From Phyllosticta citribraziliensis (lineage: Eukaryota): DNA of 64,000 nt. The notes below the pieces were generated by a model. That model was not told the DNA's origin and searched no databases. It saw only the letters and a list, made by a program, of their open reading frames with translations. The position numbers were made by a program, and so were the translations under genes. How positions within the stretch are numbered: position 1 is the first letter of the stretch; each line of letters begins with the position of its first letter. The stretch covers positions 186,001 through 250,000 of the forward strand of contig NW_027117346.1 of NCBI RefSeq assembly GCF_038025025.1, written 5' to 3'. Shown piece after piece: positions 48,249 through 62,828 of this stretch.

Positions 48249-51200
48249 TTATGAGAAACGCCACGTCTCCCTGCCACTGCCTCCTGCGCCTACAGCCGAC
48301 GAGGCCGCCATCCGCACGGGGGTGTCGACCAGAGGGCCAGACTCCGCGTCGCCGCTGCGCGCTCCTCTAGGAGGACTGTCCAACGACTCATCTCCAATCT
48401 CGCTGAGCGGGCTGACGGCCGGGCGCTGCGGCGTCAGCTGGCCGCCCGCCTGCCCTGGCACGGCGCCGCCTGCCACGGCCTCGCCGACGCTGCTGCGACC
48501 CGGCGTCATGGGCGCTGGCGGTCTGCTAAAGGCCTCGGGCACCTTGGTTTGGGTCGCGGGGCCGAATGCCCCGCTGTCGTACCCGTAGCCTGGCCGGTAG
48601 CCCCGCGTGTTGCTTGGTCCCGTGTAGCCGCCTAGCGACAGGTTTGGCGGTGGGCTGCGCTGCTCGGGGCCCGGGGGCCGCGGGGCGCTGCTCGAATGCT
48701 GGCTGTGCGGAGGAGGCTGCGGCTGCTGATACTGTGTTTGGAAAGGCTGCGGCTGCGGAGGGGCGTAGTGTTGCATGTGAGGCGGCGGGCCCTGTGTCGG
48801 AGCCGGTTGCTGATACTGCTGCGGATAATACATGCCTGGCTGCGCCTGGCGAGGTTGGAGGTTCTGCTGTGACTGTGTCTGCGCTGCGTATCTGCGCGCT
48901 GCATTCTCGTTCGCCTGGCTGAGTTGCTTGATCAGGAGCTCAAACTTGGTGCTCCCGTTCGTTGGTGGCAACTGCGCCCGGTTCACATCCGCCTGGAAAT
49001 CTTGAGCACTCTGGAACATCAATCCAGGGCGCGAAGCGGCGTTATTTGCATCGTTGCCCGAATAAGGACCCTGTCCGTACCCAGGGTTGTTGTACAGCTT
49101 CGTCGGTTGGGGCAGGCTCGGGCGGCTCCAGTTTTGCAAAGTTTGCGAGTAGACACTGCTCGGGGGCTGTGGCGCCTGCGACCTGAGCTTGCGTGGGTCG
49201 TAGGCGTCTGAGAAGCCGCTCGTGCCAGGATACGGAGATTCGTAAACCTTCGGTCTCCGCAAGTATGCGTTGCGCAAGTAGGGGAACCGCTGCAGAAATT
49301 GGAGATACTCGACATCCGGTTGACCAGAGCTGCTCGATGACTGTCGCTGCGCCGTAAGGACTGGCGATTCAGTCTTGTACGCACCAGAGTATCCACTTGC
49401 GCCGCTGACCGATCCAGGGCTGTGTTGATGAGAGAACGAGGGGCGGTGGACATTTGGATATGGCACCCGGCGGCCAGCTTGTGCGTCATGGGTGGAGTAG
49501 GGCGACGAAGATGTCGGCTGATGATACGCCGGAACAAAAGGTTCGCTTGTCCTATATCCCGACTGAGACGACTGCGAGTAGCTCGTTGCAGTCGAGCCCC
49601 GTCGCAACTCGGGGGAGTAGGGAGAATGAGTATACGGATATGGAGGAAGAGGAGTAAAGGTGGGCGGCCCGTTTAAGCCGGGGTTGCCAAAGGGTGAAGA
49701 TAACGGACGCGCAGCTGGAGCAGACGATGTGTAGCCTGCCGGACTGTATCCTGTAGAGTATGAGGGGCGAGGAAGCGCTTTTTGGTCCACCGAATTTCTT
49801 GGTGTATACTCCGTCTTTCTCGGTGTATACTCCTTCGTTGTCGGCGTGTACTGCGGCTGCAACGACTTTCGTTGAGCTGCCATAGCACCGTTGAGAGCAT
49901 GGTAATTTGCTGGACGATGGGTTCTGGGCAGAGGCTTGCGTTCTGCAGCAGCTGCCGCCCGTTGTGCCTCCTTGACCGTTTCCAGGAAGTTGCCCTTTGT
50001 GTTGTGCACAGGTTTCTTTGGGTCGTCGGTGAATTGCGCCCTGGCCTCTGTCGACGTTTTCCCAAGGTAGTGCCACAGCTGATTCGGCTTTGACAAGTCG
50101 ACTTTGACCTGGAACTGATTCTTGACCTCCTCAGCGCTGGCGGTGTTGAACTCTGCCCATTTCTGACTCGAATTTTGCTCCGAAAATGGATCGTCCACTT
50201 CTGGAGGACCGTCCTTCTGGTTTTTGGAGTTGAGTGCTGGGTCGCTGCTTTGAAGACCTTCAGGCAGCGGTTTGGCATTGGCAGACGGCTTGGGGCGGAG
50301 AGACTGTTTGGGATCAAGAACCGAAATGTACTTCCACTCGAGTTCAATGCGTTCGCGACTGGTTACCACGTTAGCGAGACATATTGATGATGGGAAAGGC
50401 ATTGATACATACCAGTCAGGCAAGATGTCGACAACCACACTGAGCTCGCCAGGTCGGTTCTCCACAACGACGCCTGCAAAGACCTCTCCAACAAGATACT
50501 GTGCTTGCAAGACCTGGTTTGGCTTGAGATTCTTGGCGTACTCTTTGACGAGCTTGTTTTCCTCCAAGCTGTCGACGTCCACATTCTTGGGGCGCTTGGC
50601 GCGATGGAAACGGCAGCGCAGGTCGAACCCGTCGCAATAGTACTCGGTACCGTCCTCGTCAAAGGTGGGAACAGGCCCCTCGTCGATTTGCACGCCCGCG
50701 GGAGCCGCACACGTGGCGTGGAATGCACGTGTGCACTTCTTTGAAGCGCACTGGAAGCAGGAACCGCGCTTGGAGCGACAGTAGTTGCACTTGAGCTCCA
50801 GGCGCGCCCTGTCAATGTTTCCAACATTGCATACGTGCTCAACGCCATCCTTTTCGATGATGTAGGTCTCGGGTGTAAACAACGCGCACAGACGATGTGC
50901 CTGTTTGCCGTTGTCCGTCGGGAGAAGCGTGTCGTACGCAACGTCGTTCGGGCACAAGACGCATGGCTCCGCTTTGGGGACTTTGAGGCGAATCTTGACC
51001 CGCTTGACCTTTTCTTGACTGTCCTTGGCTCCTGCATCCCTCTTCCTCTTTCTTGGTGCGGCCGGTTTTCCTTTGACACTCGCGGGTGGGCTGGGAAGAT
51101 CATGCGCAACCTCCATCTCATCATCCTCATCCTCTTCATCGGTCTCTTCAATGTACTCGGGAGTCGGTTCGCCGCGGAGTTTGCGTTCAATCTCAGCCAC

Positions 51201-52954
51201 GTCGACCCAGACGCTGTCCGACTCGCAGTCGCACTTTTTGGCGATTCTGCCGTACTCGATCCATTGCTCAGTAGCAAAGTTGACCGATTCGGCACAGTTG
51301 TAGCCAATATTGTATCCGGAGTGGTAGCCGTACGGGTATGTCAGGACGAATTCGCCCTCGTAGTGGATGAGCTTGTTGACCTTGATGTTGAATTCGCTTT
51401 CCAGCCGCTGCGGCGAGATCAAATACGTCTTGTGGCGCAAGAACTGGCTGCAATTTTTCGCATCATTGGGCCAGATTCTCTTCATGGCATTCTCGAAACG
51501 CCGGGCGTCTTCCTGGGAGATGCTGTACCATTGCTTCGGGGCGCCAAAGTGAATGTAGTTGATGGAATAAAGATCCACGTCCTCCAGGTGCCAGGCGAAT
51601 GTTGCCTTCCACATTCCTAGATACAGGTAGGCGGTATTCACACCGGGGACTTTGGTGCCAAGCACGTCCAGAAGATTTTCGAGCTTGGCGACGTTCCAAG
51701 ATGAGGTCGAGTCATCAAACAGGGACCCTGGCATGTCTGCACCGTACATGGGTTGGCCAAAGTTGACGGTCTTCCAGTAGTACTGCTCGAGCTCTGCACA
51801 ACGCTCCTTGGTGAATTCGTCCAGCCCCTGCATGTGATAGTCGAAGCCAACAAAGGCTTCTTCGTCGACATCATCAGCATCTGCTCGGCTGTTGTTTTTC
51901 CGTCTTGATGAGATGGACTTGGGTTGGCGACCGCGAGGCTTTGGTGTTGAGTCGTCCGGTGCTTCCTTTTTAAGGGCGGCAATCTTTTTGTCGACAGGAC
52001 CAACAGTGTCCTCGGGCGGTGAAGCGGGTGTTGGTGGAATCGACTGTTGGCTGTTTCTTCGGGAAGTCGAGCCATTCTCCGGTGTCTGTTCAGGTTCTTG
52101 ACTTGCTTCTCGAGAAGCAACGCTCTTAGCTGCAGACTTTCGAGGCCGTCCTCGAGTTCGTTTCGGGCCAGGCGCGGCGTTGGTAGGCTCTCGGTTACGC
52201 GTGGACCGCGTGCGAGCCGGGGCTGTCTGATCGCCGCGACGCTCTCCCCGCTTGGCAGGCGGTTGGTGGTCCCACTCTTCTGTCAAGGCCTTCCACTGGG
52301 GCAAGTTGTACGATCTTTGCTTTTCGATGTTCTGCTGGGTATACTGGCCGCGGCTGCCGGAGAAGTCTTGCGTGATTGGATTCTTGACCTTGATCTTCTT
52401 TACGGCCTCGGAGAGATCAGGTAACGAGTTTCGCCTGGCGCCAAAGCGGTTAGGATCATTCTGTGTCCTGCCCAAAGACTCGGCGCAGTTGCGTGGTACT
52501 GGCAAGGGTGGAGGAAGCTTACCACTCCGCCGGAGGTACGACCTTGACAATGCCCGACTTCATGCCGTACTTGTCAATCTTATCGACGAACTTTTTGAAG
52601 CTCCGGAACTGGGCCATGGTCTGCACCGCAACAATCAGCACGCGCAAATGGACAAGCGACACCAGGTCGCAACTTGCGCGCAAAGGCGCTGCATGAACGG
52701 CGGCGACGTACCGGGTGGAAGACAGGGATCTTTCCACCATCCCAATAGTAGGCTGGCTCAACCTCTCCAATGTCGTCGTCATCGTCAAATTCGAGTTCGG
52801 ACAAATCCGACGACGATCCTTCTCTCTTGCCTCTGTCCATGTCTTCGCTGGTCGGCGGTGTCAATGCGACCTTGTGGTCGACGTGTTTCGCAGTGGTGTC
52901 GGGAGCGGCAGCGGCCGCGACTTGAGGAGCGTCCGACACCGGAACGTCCTCCAT
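48249..52954 (-). CDS. RPH1: JmjN/JmjC histone demethylase with PHD-type fingers (Rph1/KdmA, KDM4 family)
   Basis: JmjN IPVFHP/TMAQF..YGMKSGIVKVVPP; JmjC YGADMPGSLFD, PGVNTAYLYLGMWKATFAWHLED, FLRHK, YHSGYNIGYNCAESVNFA; Cys/His fingers; long low-complexity tail. Confidence 0.93.
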
Positions 52955-54734
52955 GTTGACGTAGTCTCAGCCGTCGCAAGGCTGGAGGGAATGCGCAGTG
53001 GCAGAGGGCGCGCACGGGCGGAGGTTGTGCGGTCGAGCTGAGGGTGGATGTGAAGGCGGCGAGGTCGGCGGCCGCTCGTCGTGAGTGAGGATGGTACGGT
53101 TGGTAGTAGGTCGGGCGGGCGAGGGGTATGCGGGAAACGAGCGACGGCGGCAGTAGAGTGCTCCGGCAGCACACGACTAGAAGCGTCGCATGGGAGTTGT
53201 TGGGGGTGGGAGCGCAGTCTGTCGCCGGGCCAGAAGACGCAATCTCGAGTGAAGTGTGACGGTGGGCGGGCGGTATGAAGGTCGAAAAGTACGGTCCAGT
53301 GCAAGGAGCGGAGATGGATGTTGGATGGGTGCTTGGCCCAAAGCCGCTAGAGCGAACCCTGCCCTGCCCTGCCTGTTTACCGAGCACTGCAGACGGTGGT
53401 ACGCAGCTCACGCCACCGCTCACCAGACAAGTTCCTATGGCCTTCTGTTCTCTGCCCAAAAGCGCAGAGTGTCTCTTTCCAACGGTGCAAAGGAGGCGAC
53501 CAGACCAGACCAGATTTGGCCCACACGGCCTCGCCCCGACTCGAGGCCGGCCTCACCTGGCAGCCGCCTTAAATCGCCAATCACGTGCAGTGCGCGCTCC
53601 CTTCTTTGACCTTTCCCGGTTGTTTACCTTGCCTCGCAAGTCTCATCGTCTCACCCAACGCATTGGGAAAGTGAGGCTGCATTCCCATTCATCTCGAGGT
53701 CTCATTGTGCCATCCCGACAATCACCAGAGCAGCATAAGCGGGGCGTATCACAAAGGCAATCCTACATAGATCCACTACCGAGATCAGATCTGATGCAGG
53801 AACATCATCGCGCACCTGTGAGGCTTGTTTGCTGATCTGCAGGTTGCTGCGCACCAAGTCGGTGGTCAGGACTGCGGCACTCGGGGACCTCGCGCACTCG
53901 CGTCACCCCAACCTTCACCCACAGTCGGGTGGCAGGCCAGAAACTACACGTTGGCGGGGCCGCGCGCTGCTGGAGCACGTCAAACACAAGCCACTGCGTC
54001 ACCCCGGAGCTTGACGTGATGCCACGGTGCAGCCGCCGACGAGGGATCTGCGAGTATACGGGACCAGCCGTAGGTTAATCGCCGTTTGACTCCGCAGCCG
54101 CAGCCCTACCGGCAGCCGGAGCCCCACGTGGTGAGCTTTGTGCTGGTCCGTGGGGACCGGAAGGGTGCAGGGCAGACTGGACGCACCTCAGGCCTGCTCG
54201 GGTCGAGTCCAGGTCCGGATCCTCCAACTCGGCGAATTTGATCACTGCAAGATCCGGACGCGATAAGACAACACCACACAGAGAGAACAGTCATCATGAT
54301 GGTGGACCCCAAGCTCCGTTCTCCTCACGTAGACTCCTAAAACAAAAAGCAACTAGTCATCCGTGAATCTCTCGTCGCAGTCATGGGGGAGGGGAGGGTA
54401 GCGAGAGGGCGCGGGTAAAAAGCAAAAGAACTGAAGGAGACAACCTGTAGAAGCCAACTGCGTCCCCACCCCATTAACCGACGAGCAACCCCGAGACCCC
54501 ATTTTCACACCTGTTCCAGGGCTCCAAATGCTATGCAAATTTCGAGACCGTGACTGATCTTTTGTTTTCTTGACCCTATCCGTAACACCTTGCGTAAAAT
54601 CGCTCAAATGCCCGAGAGAATCACTTTGTAAAACCATGGGGAGAATGAGCGTTGGGACACCACCTTTACGTCGTCATTGTCAACTTGGCTGGTGGCAGTC
54701 ATTGCATGCCAGTGGGAGACTGCTTCGCATGCGT

Positions 54735-56308
54735 TTAAGCAGACGCCTGAGCCTGGTCACGACCACGTCCGCCGCGGAATCCGTTGCCGCCACGGCCACG
54801 ATCACCACGGTGGAAATTTCCGCCACGGCCACGACCCTGACCACGGCCGCGATAACCGCCACGGCCACGCTCGCCCTGGAAACCGCCACGTCCACGACCA
54901 CCGCGATGAGCGACCTCCTGGAAGCCTTCACCGTTGGGCGCAGGAGTAGCATTGGTGACAGGAGCAGGAGTCTCGGGAGCGGAGAGGGCGGGAGTGTCCT
55001 CAGCCCAGCTCTGGGTGCTGGCCGCCGGGGCCGGTTGGTGGATCGCCTCGGTCTCGCTAGGGTTGCGGGGAACCATCTCAAAACTCTCGGTCAAAGGGTC
55101 GTCAGCGACGGGCACCTTGCTGTCCCACTGCTCCGCACCGGCAGCATTGGCAGAGCTGTCCTCGACACTAGTAGCAGCAGGGGCGGGGGACTCGTCGTGG
55201 GAGTCGCCGTTGGTAGCAGCAACACTGTCGTCGATCTCAGTCAGGCCAGCGTGAGCGACCGTGGGGTCCGTTCCGGTTTCCGCACTGGCCGCTGCGTTGG
55301 ACGCCGGCGGAACGGGTTCCGACTGAGCAACTTCTTCGGCCCAAGCCTTTTGGTCGGCAAACTCGATATCCTTGATCGATGATTCCTTGACTTCGGCGTC
55401 TGTAGACGGTCAGATTTGCTGGCTAGAGGATAATGAGGGATGCTCACAAGTGATGGTAAGCGCAATGCCCTCGGTGGAAAGGACAGGCTCCGTAGAGCCA
55501 CCAATCAGCTTCAGAGCAGCTTCCACAGCCTCAGGATTGCCGCCGTAAACCTGCAGCAGAGCACCCTCGAAGGCCCTGGACAGCTCCGAGTCATCGTCAC
55601 ACTCTTGACGCCTGGCAGCAGCAGCCCGGAGGAATTTGGAGAAGATGAGCAAACGCTCCTTCGTGGCCTCCTCAGCCTTGGCCTCTGCGGTGGCCTGAGC
55701 CGTTCTTTCAACCTCCTTCAGCTTCTCGGCATGGGCGGCCTCCAGTTGCTCCCTCTGACCCTTCAACATCTTCTGGTGGTCATCATTGACCTTCTTGTAT
55801 TGAGCCAGCTGCTCCTCAAACTGCTCGCGGTCGGCCTCAAGCTGGGGCTTCTTCAAGGCCTGGGCCTTTTGGTCGTTGTTGATCTTCTTCTGGGCGACGA
55901 GATCATCGAGAGCGACGTTGGGGTTTTCCTTCAAGACAGCGTTGAGCTTGTCCATGGCGTTCTGAAAATAGGCAAGATTAGCATCCATTGTGAGGCTGGG
56001 TTTCGATGACGATACTCACGAGCTTCTTGTTGACATTGCGGAGCTTCCTAGAGTAGATGTCAATACTTGGGCTTGTTCCGGTGCTCGCGTGCAAGGCCCA
56101 CGTACTTTTGCAGCTCTTTAATGAACGGGTGTTCCGACTCAACATCCGCGCCATTGACCGAGCCCTCGACTGGCGAAGAAGCATCCTTAATGGGGCTCGA
56201 AGGGGCGGCGGCAGCAGCAGCGGCAGCAGCCTCAGCCTTGGCCTTCTTCTTGCGAGCGGACTTGGACTCGTTTGGAGTTGAGCTGGGCGGGTTGACGGTT
56301 CCCGACAT
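54735..56308 (-). CDS. Coiled-coil protein with C-terminal RGG repeats (YAG7/caprin-like, probable RNA-binding), multi-exon
   Basis: ESKSARKKKAK; IKELQK/KLRNVNKKL; LDDLVAQKKINNDQKAQALKKPQL; SKFLRAAAARRQ; QSWAED; DxF-like EGFQEV followed by RGG repeats. Confidence 0.7.
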
Positions 56309-57147
56309 GTTGGAGGATGTATGGTTGGAATGCAAGGTAGATCTGATGCAGAGCTGTAGGGAGGGAAGGTGAGCGAGTCTCGCGAAGAGGCAGGGCGGAC
56401 ACATACGCGTGGAGGAAGGGTGGTGAATGTACGTCGAGTTGGCAAATGCAAGCTCCAATGACAGGAAGAGGCCCGGAGCAAAGGCGCGTCGCGGGAGCGA
56501 GGGCCCGTGCGCGCCAAGGCTCATCGTCATCGGGAATGTCGGAGTGAACCACCGAACCTTGGAACGACACCTCTCCTGGACATTTTCGTCGCTGTTCATC
56601 TTCACAAGGCATGGGACATATTCCATTGTGAAACATTGGCTCTATGCAGTCTATTGTCCGTCATCACTTGCACAGTCCTGCCAGACAAGTGCCTCGATCG
56701 GGCCACTCGCGAAGCTGGTGATCTATCATCTAGAGCACGCGACCAATCACTGCCAGGCCAACCGCAGTAATGCCGGGAACCTGGATCACGCCTCCCTCAT
56801 TCCAGCGAGGATTGGACACAGAAAGAGTGCCTACGACAGGAAACTCGCGGCTCGAACATCTCTATCGCTAGGTCTCAAGAAGCGCTCTGCCCTACCAACT
56901 CGATCCATCATTGAAGCTAAACACTACATACGCGAAGAGAAAACTGAGAGAAGAGCCAAGCTGTGAAACAGTATCCAATAGCACCCAATGCCTTTCAGAG
57001 CCCATTGGGATGTCGTCGAATCAAGGAGCATTTGGCGCTCCAACGGGCGGTTGAAAGGGAGCATCCCTATGTTTAGCGTGCCTTTGCCCAAGAAAGGCAG
57101 CCGTATAAGAGAAGCGAAGAATCCAAGATCGAGCACTGCTCGAATAG

Positions 57148-58567
57148 TCAAGAGCACTGGCCTGGAAAGCGCCTATCCGTCAGTGGCTGGGGGATGAATC
57201 CCTGGCAGTATGGTCAGTAATTTCCTAGATTGGTGAACAAGATGACATCTCACCTTCTCGACACCCCCAATGAAACCCCAAGAGCCAGGGCCTTTGAAGT
57301 TCCAAAAGAACCAGCCTCCACTGTACTTCTCAAAGACGTCGAATTGCACCTCGACGTAGCGGCGAACTTGTTGGATGATCGGGCCTTCCCAGTCGTCGAG
57401 GGATAGACCTCCGTCGGCTTCGCACTGGCAACCGCCGTCGGGGCAGAGCTGGCCGGTACCTTCAGGGTCGGCAAATGTTGTACCGTCAGGGTTGACGCAG
57501 ATGAAGGTGTTGCCGCTGAACTCGCCGCCGTAGACTGGGAGGTTGTTGTCCTTTGCAACCTTTAGCTGTTCCTCTGCAAACCGACAGACCTCTTTGATGT
57601 GGCCGTCCTGGTCGAGGTGGCGGTCTTTTTCCGTGAACAGCTGGTACTGATGCACGTCGAGGGCAAATATTCCAGGATTGGTGCTGTTCAACGCTGCGTT
57701 GACATCGAGCCAGTTCTTAGGCTGCACCCACTGATCGTGCCTGGATTAAAGTCAGAATAGGACCACTGACTTCAATGGGGGGGGTGTGGAATCTTACATG
57801 ACGATTCGCAGATTCTTGTTCTGAGAAGCTTCGCGAACAGCGTCGAAGGTCGTTTTGGTCCATCTCTTTGAGGTCGTGAGTGTGTTGGGGAAGCCGTTGG
57901 AGGGTTCGTTGAGCAGCTCGATTGCGACAACCGTGTCTGCATATTCAGCAGAACCATACTTCTGCGCCATGGTCCTCAAAATCTCCGTTGTACGCTCCAG
58001 ATTGTTCTGACCATCTGCCTGCCACTCCACTGCTGCGATCCGACCGGAGCCTGCAGCCGCGTTTTGCCTGCCAGGTGCGCCGTGTAGATCAATGATGACT
58101 GCCATTCCGAACTTGCGGGCCCAGCCTATGGCACTTTCCAGGTAGTCATCGGCGCCTTGGTGGTAGGGCGTGTCTGTGTTGTCGTAAGCCCAGTAGCCGA
58201 TTCCGATGCGTAACCTGTGTTAGTTTAGTGGAAGGTGATTCCCAGAATGGTTGACTACTCACGCGTTGATTCCGTACGAGCGGAGCTTCTGGACGTCAGA
58301 CTCGTTGAAAAATGTGTCCCAGTGGTTCTTGATCGCTTCGTCAGAGCCGGGCTGCTGGTCAAAGGTCCACTGATCAACTGCCGGAGAGTTTTTGAAGAGC
58401 TGAGGAGTGAGGTACGGCTCGAGGACGAGCCATCCGCCAATGTTGACGCCGCGCAAGTAGGTATTGGCGTTTGCTTTGAGGTAGTCACCAACGAAAGCCG
58501 GGCGAGCGGTGGCCTCAAGTGAATAGAGAAGCACCAAGAGAATGTGCACAATGAATGGACGCGCCAT
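57148..58567 (-). CDS. Secreted GH5 glucan 1,3-beta-glucosidase (exo-glucanase), multi-exon
   Basis: Signal peptide; RGVNIGGWLVLEPYLTP; LRIGIGYWAY; IDLHGAPGRQN; acid/base NEP; DVHQYQ; nucleophile GEFS; GWFFWNFK. Confidence 0.92.
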
Positions 58568-61178
58568 CTTCAAGATGGCACAGCTTCAGCGACGGAAATG
58601 AGTGTGGTAGCGAGCAAACAGCAAAGCGAGGGTGCAAGAGCGACAGAGCGCAATAGTTGAAGAGCTGTTTTGATTTAGGTGGAGAGGGGATTTTGTTAGG
58701 TCGCTGTCTTAAACTGCCCGTGACACTGACCTCACGCACAACCACAGCCGGCGCAATGCCACGGCGATTTTCGAACCCCAATGGAAATCAGACCGAACTC
58801 AAACCTCATGACCTCACCCCTTTGGAGTCTGGGTTGGTTCTGCACTTGATCTTCCTGCCTTGCGATCCTTTGACAGCTCCTTCGACGGCTCCTTGTCGAC
58901 TTCATCCTCGCGACAAAAGAGCTTTCGCATGAAGCTCTGCCAACAAAGTCGGTCTTCTGCCATGTCTCAACAGCGATCTTGGGCGTCTTGAACACTGGTT
59001 GGATGCTCCTGGAGGATCTCATAATCGCCAAAGTTGGCGGAGTCGACGTCACTTGAAGCAACAACTGGCCGGAATGAAACATTTTTCCCGCTCTTGTTGA
59101 CTCAAAATGTTGTAGAAAAGAAACCAAAGTGTGACAAGGGAAGCCTTGTGTTAATTCAGCACGACTTCTTCAGTCCAGAAAGATCCACGACGCAATGCGT
59201 CGACGCAGGAGTGGTCAGAGTGCCGGTCATGGAGACTTATTTGGTCGTTTCTGGGTAATGTCCAGTGTCATGGACGGATGAGGCAGGCAACGAGTGTTTC
59301 CGGCGCTGCATGCTACTCCAGATGGCCTTCAGCCAGGTCTTGGTCTGGGGAAAACAAAATTGTCAAGGGGCGCGGGCGTGGAAAAAGCAATCTGCTCGGG
59401 CGAAAATACTTCCAAGGCATGGCTCAGGGAAATGGCAGCGTCCCTGGGTTCTGGGTAAGCCCTATATGTCAAGACCAAAAAAGCAAAGATGTAGTCGAGA
59501 GAAATCTGCAGCATCCCAAGGTGCAACGAAAAGGGTTTGGTCATGTCTCGGGAGGCAGTGCAAAGACGAGAATTTGGTCGAGTCTCACACAGACATGAAT
59601 CATGCAGCAGAGAGAGAGAAAAAAGCAAGAGAGGGACGGGGTGTTGAGGATCCGGATGGGTATAGCTGGAGAAAGGTTGATCCGAGCAGAGAGGCGGGGC
59701 TAGGTACAGGTAGATACATGTGGAGTGCAGGTTGATGCAGCCAAAAAGGGCTGGGGGTGGCTGCCGGGGCCCAGCAGTGATAGGCTGCGATGGCGACAAT
59801 CAAGGCGCGCAGACAGCACACGTGAACACCTCGGCTGAAACTAGGTCTCGATTGGTGCACACCACGAGACCTGATGGTGCATTCAGAGGTGCAGGATGAG
59901 GAGAGGCAGTCATCGTGTATGCGGATGTGGGCAAGACGGGGGAGTTGTTGTTGTTGTTGTTGTTGTTGGAGAGAAAAGGCGGTGGACAGCTGTGACTGAC
60001 AAGAGAGAGGGTCGAGTCGACCGCAAGGAAGCGAAGCGAAGTCGTCGGGGCGGGGGTTCCGATGTTCCTCCGATGCTGAGATAAGTCGGCTGTGGTGGTT
60101 CTGTTAAAAGAGGCCAGCGATTGCCGCCCACGGCACCCATACAGACTGGTGCCATGTGATTAGCACTCACCTGATCAACCATCAACTCTTCCCTCCATCA
60201 ACATTAACAACCCAATATCTGGCCCACGTCCAGGCCCAGTTCCTCTCGGTTTTGACCCGTCGTCCATCTGCTGCCCTCGCGCACCTCCGCTCTCGGTCGC
60301 ACCCTTTTTTGCGCGTCGACCGCGTTACCGTCGACGCCGTCAAGTCCAAGTCGAGTCGGGACCACCTCAAGTCACGTTTCTCGTCCTCGCCGACGAGGGA
60401 GCATAAGTAAGTCATCATCTCAATCAATTCACCCGGCCTCTCCCTCCATCGCGCGACACGGTGACCACGGCGCTCTTGACACGACTGCCACCGATCGCCG
60501 CCCTGTCCTCTCCTCGTCGCCCGCGCCACCGCGACACCGTCCCTTGGCCTCGCACCTGCTACCGCGCATTCCACATGGTTCCGTCGCGTCCCTGGTCCTC
60601 GTCGCCTACGCGGCCTCCGCCGTGTCCACCGTCACGACGGGCCTGCGGTGCCAACGCGCAGCAGCGTCTCGCGCAACCGTCAAGCAGGACATTGACAGCT
60701 TGGTCTCACAGCCAGGAAACTGCTTGTCCGCATCATGGTCGCACTCGACACTTGCCGTAGGACACGTGCTAACGATGCATATCCACTAGGGCATTAACAG
60801 TGTGCTTGCTCTACCTTCGTCCACCACTGCCCTCTCTCTTGCGGAGCCTTGCGGGGGTTTGTTCTCAAAAACATTACCTTTCTCTCCCTCTCGCCATAGT
60901 GCAACTCTGCTGGTGGTTTGCCTCCGCGGCCACGCGTTGTACTGCCCCGCCTACCGTCCTCCTGGAGTCAGTACTTGCCCCCAGGTCTGTCTGAGGGCCA
61001 TTCGCGGCAGCCTGCATATTGTGGTTGTCCTACTCCGCCATCCATTAAAATCCGCCATTGGGCAATACCCACCTCGAATTAAATTGCGACCACTTGCGCC
61101 GTCAACCGCGAAGCCAACGAATCAGCCTCGCAAGCCAAGTCAGAGCCATCCCCCTACAAGCTGCAAGTCGGCGCGCAA

Positions 61179-62242
61179 ATGGCGGACGTTGCCAGTTACC
61201 CTGATTCGGATCCCAAGGCCGACGTCAGTGACTCGACTTCGATGCACAACAACAAGCGCAAGCGCAGCTCGATCGACCAAGGCTCTTCCAACACGCGACC
61301 TGCCCCCGGCGACTCGTCTCGCAACGCGAACTACCAGCGCGCATCACCTGGATCAGCAAACAACACGGGTTCCGCGGGATTAACCGATCAATCGAACAAT
61401 TCCTTTTTGGGCGCACACCACGGTACTGGGACTGGCGAAGAAGATATGCATCACTCCAATGCTGAGATCGACTTCAGCCAGCTGGCGCAACACACAAACG
61501 ACCACAACATGCACCAGAATGGCGGAACCACCTCGTCTGCGACAGACACGGCTGTTGCAGCCTTGTCGCATCACTTTCAAATGACGGTCCCTCAAGCCAC
61601 CGAGCTTTCTTTCCAGAACCAACCGACAGGTGGAGAAAATGACCGGGCTCTGGGCAATTCATTCGGCATGGGAGATCACAACATCCACGCTGCCTCGCAT
61701 GGAATGGGTGACTATGGCTTGGACCCCATGAACAACAAGTCGAATACCCCGGGAGCGTCTCAGAATGAATCGCCGCCTCCTTCATCAAAGCCTCAAGTCG
61801 GCTCTGAGGAGTGGCACAAGATTCGCAGGGACAATCACAAGGAAGGTATGTTTAGAATTATTCCTCACCAATCCAGGGACAATTTCTGATTGCAACAGTT
61901 GAACGCCGACGCCGTGAGACAATCAACGAGGGCATCAACGAATTGGCCAAGATTGTCCCTGGTTGTGAGAAGAACAAGGGTTCCATCCTCCAGCGCGCTG
62001 TCCAGTTTATAACTCAACTTAAGGAGAACGAGTCGCAAAACATCGAAAAGTGGACTCTCGAGAAACTCCTGACCGAGCAGGCAATCACTGAGCTTAGTGC
62101 TAGCTGCGACAAGTTCAAGGGCGAATGTCAACGCGCATGGAATGAAGTCGAGATATGGAAGAAGGCCTGCCAGAACGCCGGCATAGTGCCCGAAGAGTAT
62201 CAAAACCAAGGCGAGAAGGCGGATCAGAATGGCGATAGTTGA
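61179..62242 (+). CDS. CBF1: bHLH-ZIP transcription factor, Cbf1/DevR-like (intron 61846-61898)
   Basis: KPQVGSEEWHKIRRDNHKE|VERRRRETINEGINELAKIVPGCEKNKGSILQRAV..NIEKWTLEKLLTEQAI. Confidence 0.9.
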
Positions 62243-62828
62243 GGAGCGCGAGCACCTTCACATTCAGGAACGAACGCCAATTCCAGCGAGACACGAGCAG
62301 CAGCAAGCACAGCTGTGGCAGTGTCTGCTCAAGCAGCCTTCGACGCTAGGACGATGTCATGAACGATTCACGACTGGTTTTTCAGCTTGCTTGCTTGATT
62401 TGATTTCATCTTCTTCGCAGGCCCTTCTTCACAGGCGCGATTGGCCAACACAGCACCTTCACACCCATCCTCTCCCTCTTCCTCTTGCGATCCACGGCTC
62501 GGAAACAGGGAGTCGTAGTGATGGACAGTGGGTCAGAGCGACGAATGGGTGGTAATTCGGGAGTTCGACTCGACTCGATCGAGTCACTTTCTCCCCTCTT
62601 TTCCTCCAATCCACGGTTTGGGTGTTTGACGGACGGGAGGCGGACACTTTCATTGCATGACACGAGAGGACTTTTTCTTCCGCCCTTTTCTTTCTCTCTC
62701 TCTCTCTCTCTCTCAACCTTGCGGATTCAACCCAAGTGTGTGGCGGATACCTGTATGCTTCCTTCCTACATCCTCTCGTGGTGGTGGGCGAGTTTTTTTC
62801 CGCTGAGCTCTTACTTAGTGCATCTTCT

